NCBI RefSeq assembly: GCF_000803625.1
Contig: NZ_CP007496.1
Coordinates: forward strand, 270,001-302,000
Length of the DNA: 32,000 nt
Source: Candidatus Nanosynbacter lyticus
GTDB taxonomy: Bacteria; Patescibacteriota; Saccharimonadia; Saccharimonadales; Saccharimonadaceae
Direction of reading: 5' to 3'
Part shown: positions 29,972 to 32,000 of the stretch, in pieces
Position numbering within the stretch: the first letter of the stretch is position 1
Layout of the letters: each line of letters opens with the position of its first letter
Notes under the pieces: model-generated
What the model was told of the DNA's origin: nothing
Seen by the model: the letters and a program-made list of their open reading frames with translations, nothing else
The model's database searches: none
Made by a program: the position numbers and the translations under genes

Positions 29972-30160
29972 GGTCTTGCCTTTCCTCTCATCCCCACGTG
30001 AATGTGGCTAAGTGTTGTTCTTTAATACAGGACGAGATTCCATTCCTCTTTCTATTTTCTCCTCAAAAAAAGGAATAAAACCTCATCCTGTGCTAGGCTG
30101 CTTGTCAAAGTACGCTTTCGGACAAGGATTTACTCAACTAGTCAACAAAAGCTGATATAT

Positions 30161-30189
30161 ATATATCACTAATAGAATAAAATGTCAAG
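30161..30189 (-). promoter_or_regulatory. Promoter TTGACA-N17/18-(TGA)TATATA upstream of the 29438-29971 gene
   Basis: -35 30184-30189 in an A/T-rich tract with the alternating GATATATATATATC. Confidence 0.5.
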
Positions 30190-30269
30190 CGATTTTGTCA
30201 AAAATGTGGTGTAATATTTTTATCAACTCTGTTGCGATCTTGGTGTGTTATATAGTAATTGTAAAAGCT

Positions 30270-31256
30270 TTAACTCTGCTCTGCTTCTTTCAAGGCCTTA
30301 TCCGTCGCCGTTACCAATTCCCGCACAACCTCGTCATAATTCTCGTATACACGGAATCCTGACGCATATGGATGACCGCCACCACCGAAGTAGCCAGCGA
30401 CCGTGTCGGCGATTGGGAGGTTGCCGCGTAGGCGGGCGGTCAGTTTGCCGTCGGGATAGGTTTTGATGACACAGCTGAGCGCCACGCCTTCGACTAGTCG
30501 TAGTTCATCACCAATCAACGCGCCGGGGTTATAGGCGTCGCTGTAGGCTTGAATTTCCTCAAATGGCACGTGTACCAGCGCCAATTGTCCGTCCAGTAAA
30601 TATTCGATGCGCTCAATCAATTTACCTTTGTACGCCAAAATTTCCGGCGATTTCTTCATAAATTCGCGCCGTCGCTCTTCGATTTCGGCATTGGAGGCGC
30701 CAAGCTCGGTCAATTCACCAGCGACGTGAAAGGTCGCCGCGGTGGTATTTGGCGTAGTTAAGCCAAGGCTGTCAGACATAATGGCGATTAGCAAATTCTC
30801 CGCCGCTTGCCGGTTGATAGTCCAACCAGCGTGGGTGAACAATTGGTACAATAATTCCCCGGTGGCCACCACCGTATCAGATAGTATGGTGTGCTCAAAA
30901 CTCAGCGTTGACTCGGCGGTATGGTGGTCAATAACCAGTACCGGATGTGTTTCCAGAAAATGTCTTACTCCAGGTGTTTCTAGTACCTTGCTAAGCAATA
31001 CGTCGGCGCTAGTGTCGACAATAATAGCGGCGTCGGCCTGTGTTGGAAAATCACCAACTACCCTATCCCAGCCGCGTATGTAACGTAGGTATTTGGGGGT
31101 GTCGACCGGACAATATAATGTGACGGACTTTCCCAGGTCGCTCAGCACTTCTTCCAGTGCCAAGCTAGAACCCAGACTGTCGCCGTCAGGGTTTTCAGCT
31201 TGTATAATAACTATATTATTTGCAGATTGGATAAATTGTTTAGCTGTATCGAGCAT
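30270..31256 (-). CDS. DHH/DHHA1-family phosphoesterase (NrnA-like oligoribonuclease/pAp phosphatase)
   Basis: NPDGDSLGSSLALEE, DTSAD, VLVIDHH, GGGGHPYASGF (DHHA1). Confidence 0.94.
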   Translation of the reverse strand: MLDTAKQFIQSANNIVIIQAENPDGDSLGSSLALEEVLSDLGKSVTLYCPVDTPKYLRYIRGWDRVVGDFPTQADAAIIVDTSADVLLSKVLETPGVRHFLETHPVLVIDHHTAESTLSFEHTILSDTVVATGELLYQLFTHAGWTINRQAAENLLIAIMSDSLGLTTPNTTAATFHVAGELTELGASNAEIEERRREFMKKSPEILAYKGKLIERIEYLLDGQLALVHVPFEEIQAYSDAYNPGALIGDELRLVEGVALSCVIKTYPDGKLTARLRGNLPIADTVAGYFGGGGHPYASGFRVYENYDEVVRELVTATDKALKEAEQS

Positions 31257-31375
31257 ATATTTATTATAACAAATAGTTTTTATGTCTTTGGTGAGGATTT
31301 TAGGGGCTTAATTTATAGCTATATAGAGACGTTTAACAGATACACTAAAAACGTAAACATTTTTATAAATTATTA

Positions 31376-31404
31376 TTGACAAAATATAAAAATTGTGCTA
31401 GTAT
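31376..31404 (+). promoter_or_regulatory. Consensus promoter TTGACA-N17-TAGTAT followed by a 5' UTR hairpin
   Basis: -35 31376-31381, -10 31399-31404; AGCCC-GAATATT-GGGCT downstream; SD GAAAGAGGAG. Confidence 0.75.
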
Positions 31405-31447
31405 GGGAACATAAAGCCCGAATATTGGGCTGGAAAGAGGAGTTTTT

Positions 31448-32000
31448 ATGAACAAATTTAAGAAAATCGGCATCGCTATTTCTCTGGGAATCGCTTTGTT
31501 CGGTGGAATTTGGCTAGCATCGCCTTCACAGGCTGCCGGCTGTAACAAATTTAATGTCGTTTACTGCGGCACCAATTCTATGTCAGAATTGCAATCGGCA
31601 TATAGCCGTTCGGAGATTAAATCTCTATATAGCCAATGGTATATTACTGAAACCATGATTCAGGGTGGCTCAAACATGCGTGAAGGTGTGGTTGATGCAA
31701 GCGGTAATATTACAGTTGACGGTCGAGTTGTGGCTACAAACGCCGTAACCGTACAGTCTAAGGCTGGTACTCGTCAGCCTACCCCACAGCGTACATATAG
31801 CGCGGCTGGTTATACTTACTACCAGTACACAACTGGCCAGAGCTTTGTGGATGGCCCTAAGAGCTACCGAATCTATGCATGGTTTGATGACAATGGTAAG
31901 TTCATCACCGGTGTTATTAAGGATTGTGGTAACCCAGTTTGGGGTCCACCAACAACACCTCCAGCAAAGCCAGCGCTAACATGTGACGTCCTGCAAGTAG
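31448..32000 (+). CDS. Secreted protein with signal peptide, 3' truncated by the window end
   Basis: Reading from ATG 31448: MNKFKKIGIAISLGIALFGGIWLASPSQAAGCNKFNVVYCGTNSMSELQSAYSRSEIKSLYSQWYITE... open to the window end; strong promoter and SD. Not in the ORF track. Confidence 0.8.
   Translation, partial: MNKFKKIGIAISLGIALFGGIWLASPSQAAGCNKFNVVYCGTNSMSELQSAYSRSEIKSLYSQWYITETMIQGGSNMREGVVDASGNITVDGRVVATNAVTVQSKAGTRQPTPQRTYSAAGYTYYQYTTGQSFVDGPKSYRIYAWFDDNGKFITGVIKDCGNPVWGPPTTPPAKPALTCDVLQV

Noticed and set aside
30151-30166. GATATATATATATC as a specific regulatory palindrome
   Set aside because: Simple alternating AT run; more parsimoniously part of the A/T-rich -10 region of the promoter.

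Overview
Window from a small-genome bacterium; codon usage and protein divergence suggest Saccharibacteria/CPR, which is inference. Most of it is housekeeping: C-terminal half of an ABC-F ATPase, a thioredoxin-fold/glutaredoxin-like protein, a complete F1Fo ATP synthase operon (I/Z-like, B, E, F, H, A, G, D, C), a tRNA-dihydrouridine synthase, a UvrD-type helicase with a C-terminal PD-(D/E)XK-like nuclease domain, two P-type ATPases, a TrmA/RumA-family RNA methyltransferase, tRNA-Gln(UUG), a GNAT acetyltransferase, a GreA-like factor, a histidine kinase/response regulator pair, an ABC exporter pair, an AI-2E family transporter, CysRS and a DHH phosphoesterase. There are also several small secreted or unknown proteins. 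No CRISPR array, transposase or phage module is visible. The best candidate for something undescribed is the minus-strand interval ~10660-10060. It holds a possible translational-switch leader, a 48-aa zinc-ribbon ORF, and a ~330-nt region of strong nested helices. That region includes a 75-nt tRNA-like fold (7-bp acceptor, canonical T arm, encoded CCA, no D stem, no normal anticodon arm) and ends in a clean intrinsic terminator. A second pattern is that many first-in-operon genes have a -10 (often TGn-TAnnnT) only 6-11 nt upstream of ATG, implying leaderless or near-leaderless transcripts. This also supports an unlisted 57-aa ORF at 17689-17862 (-). All calls are by eye, without database or folding software.
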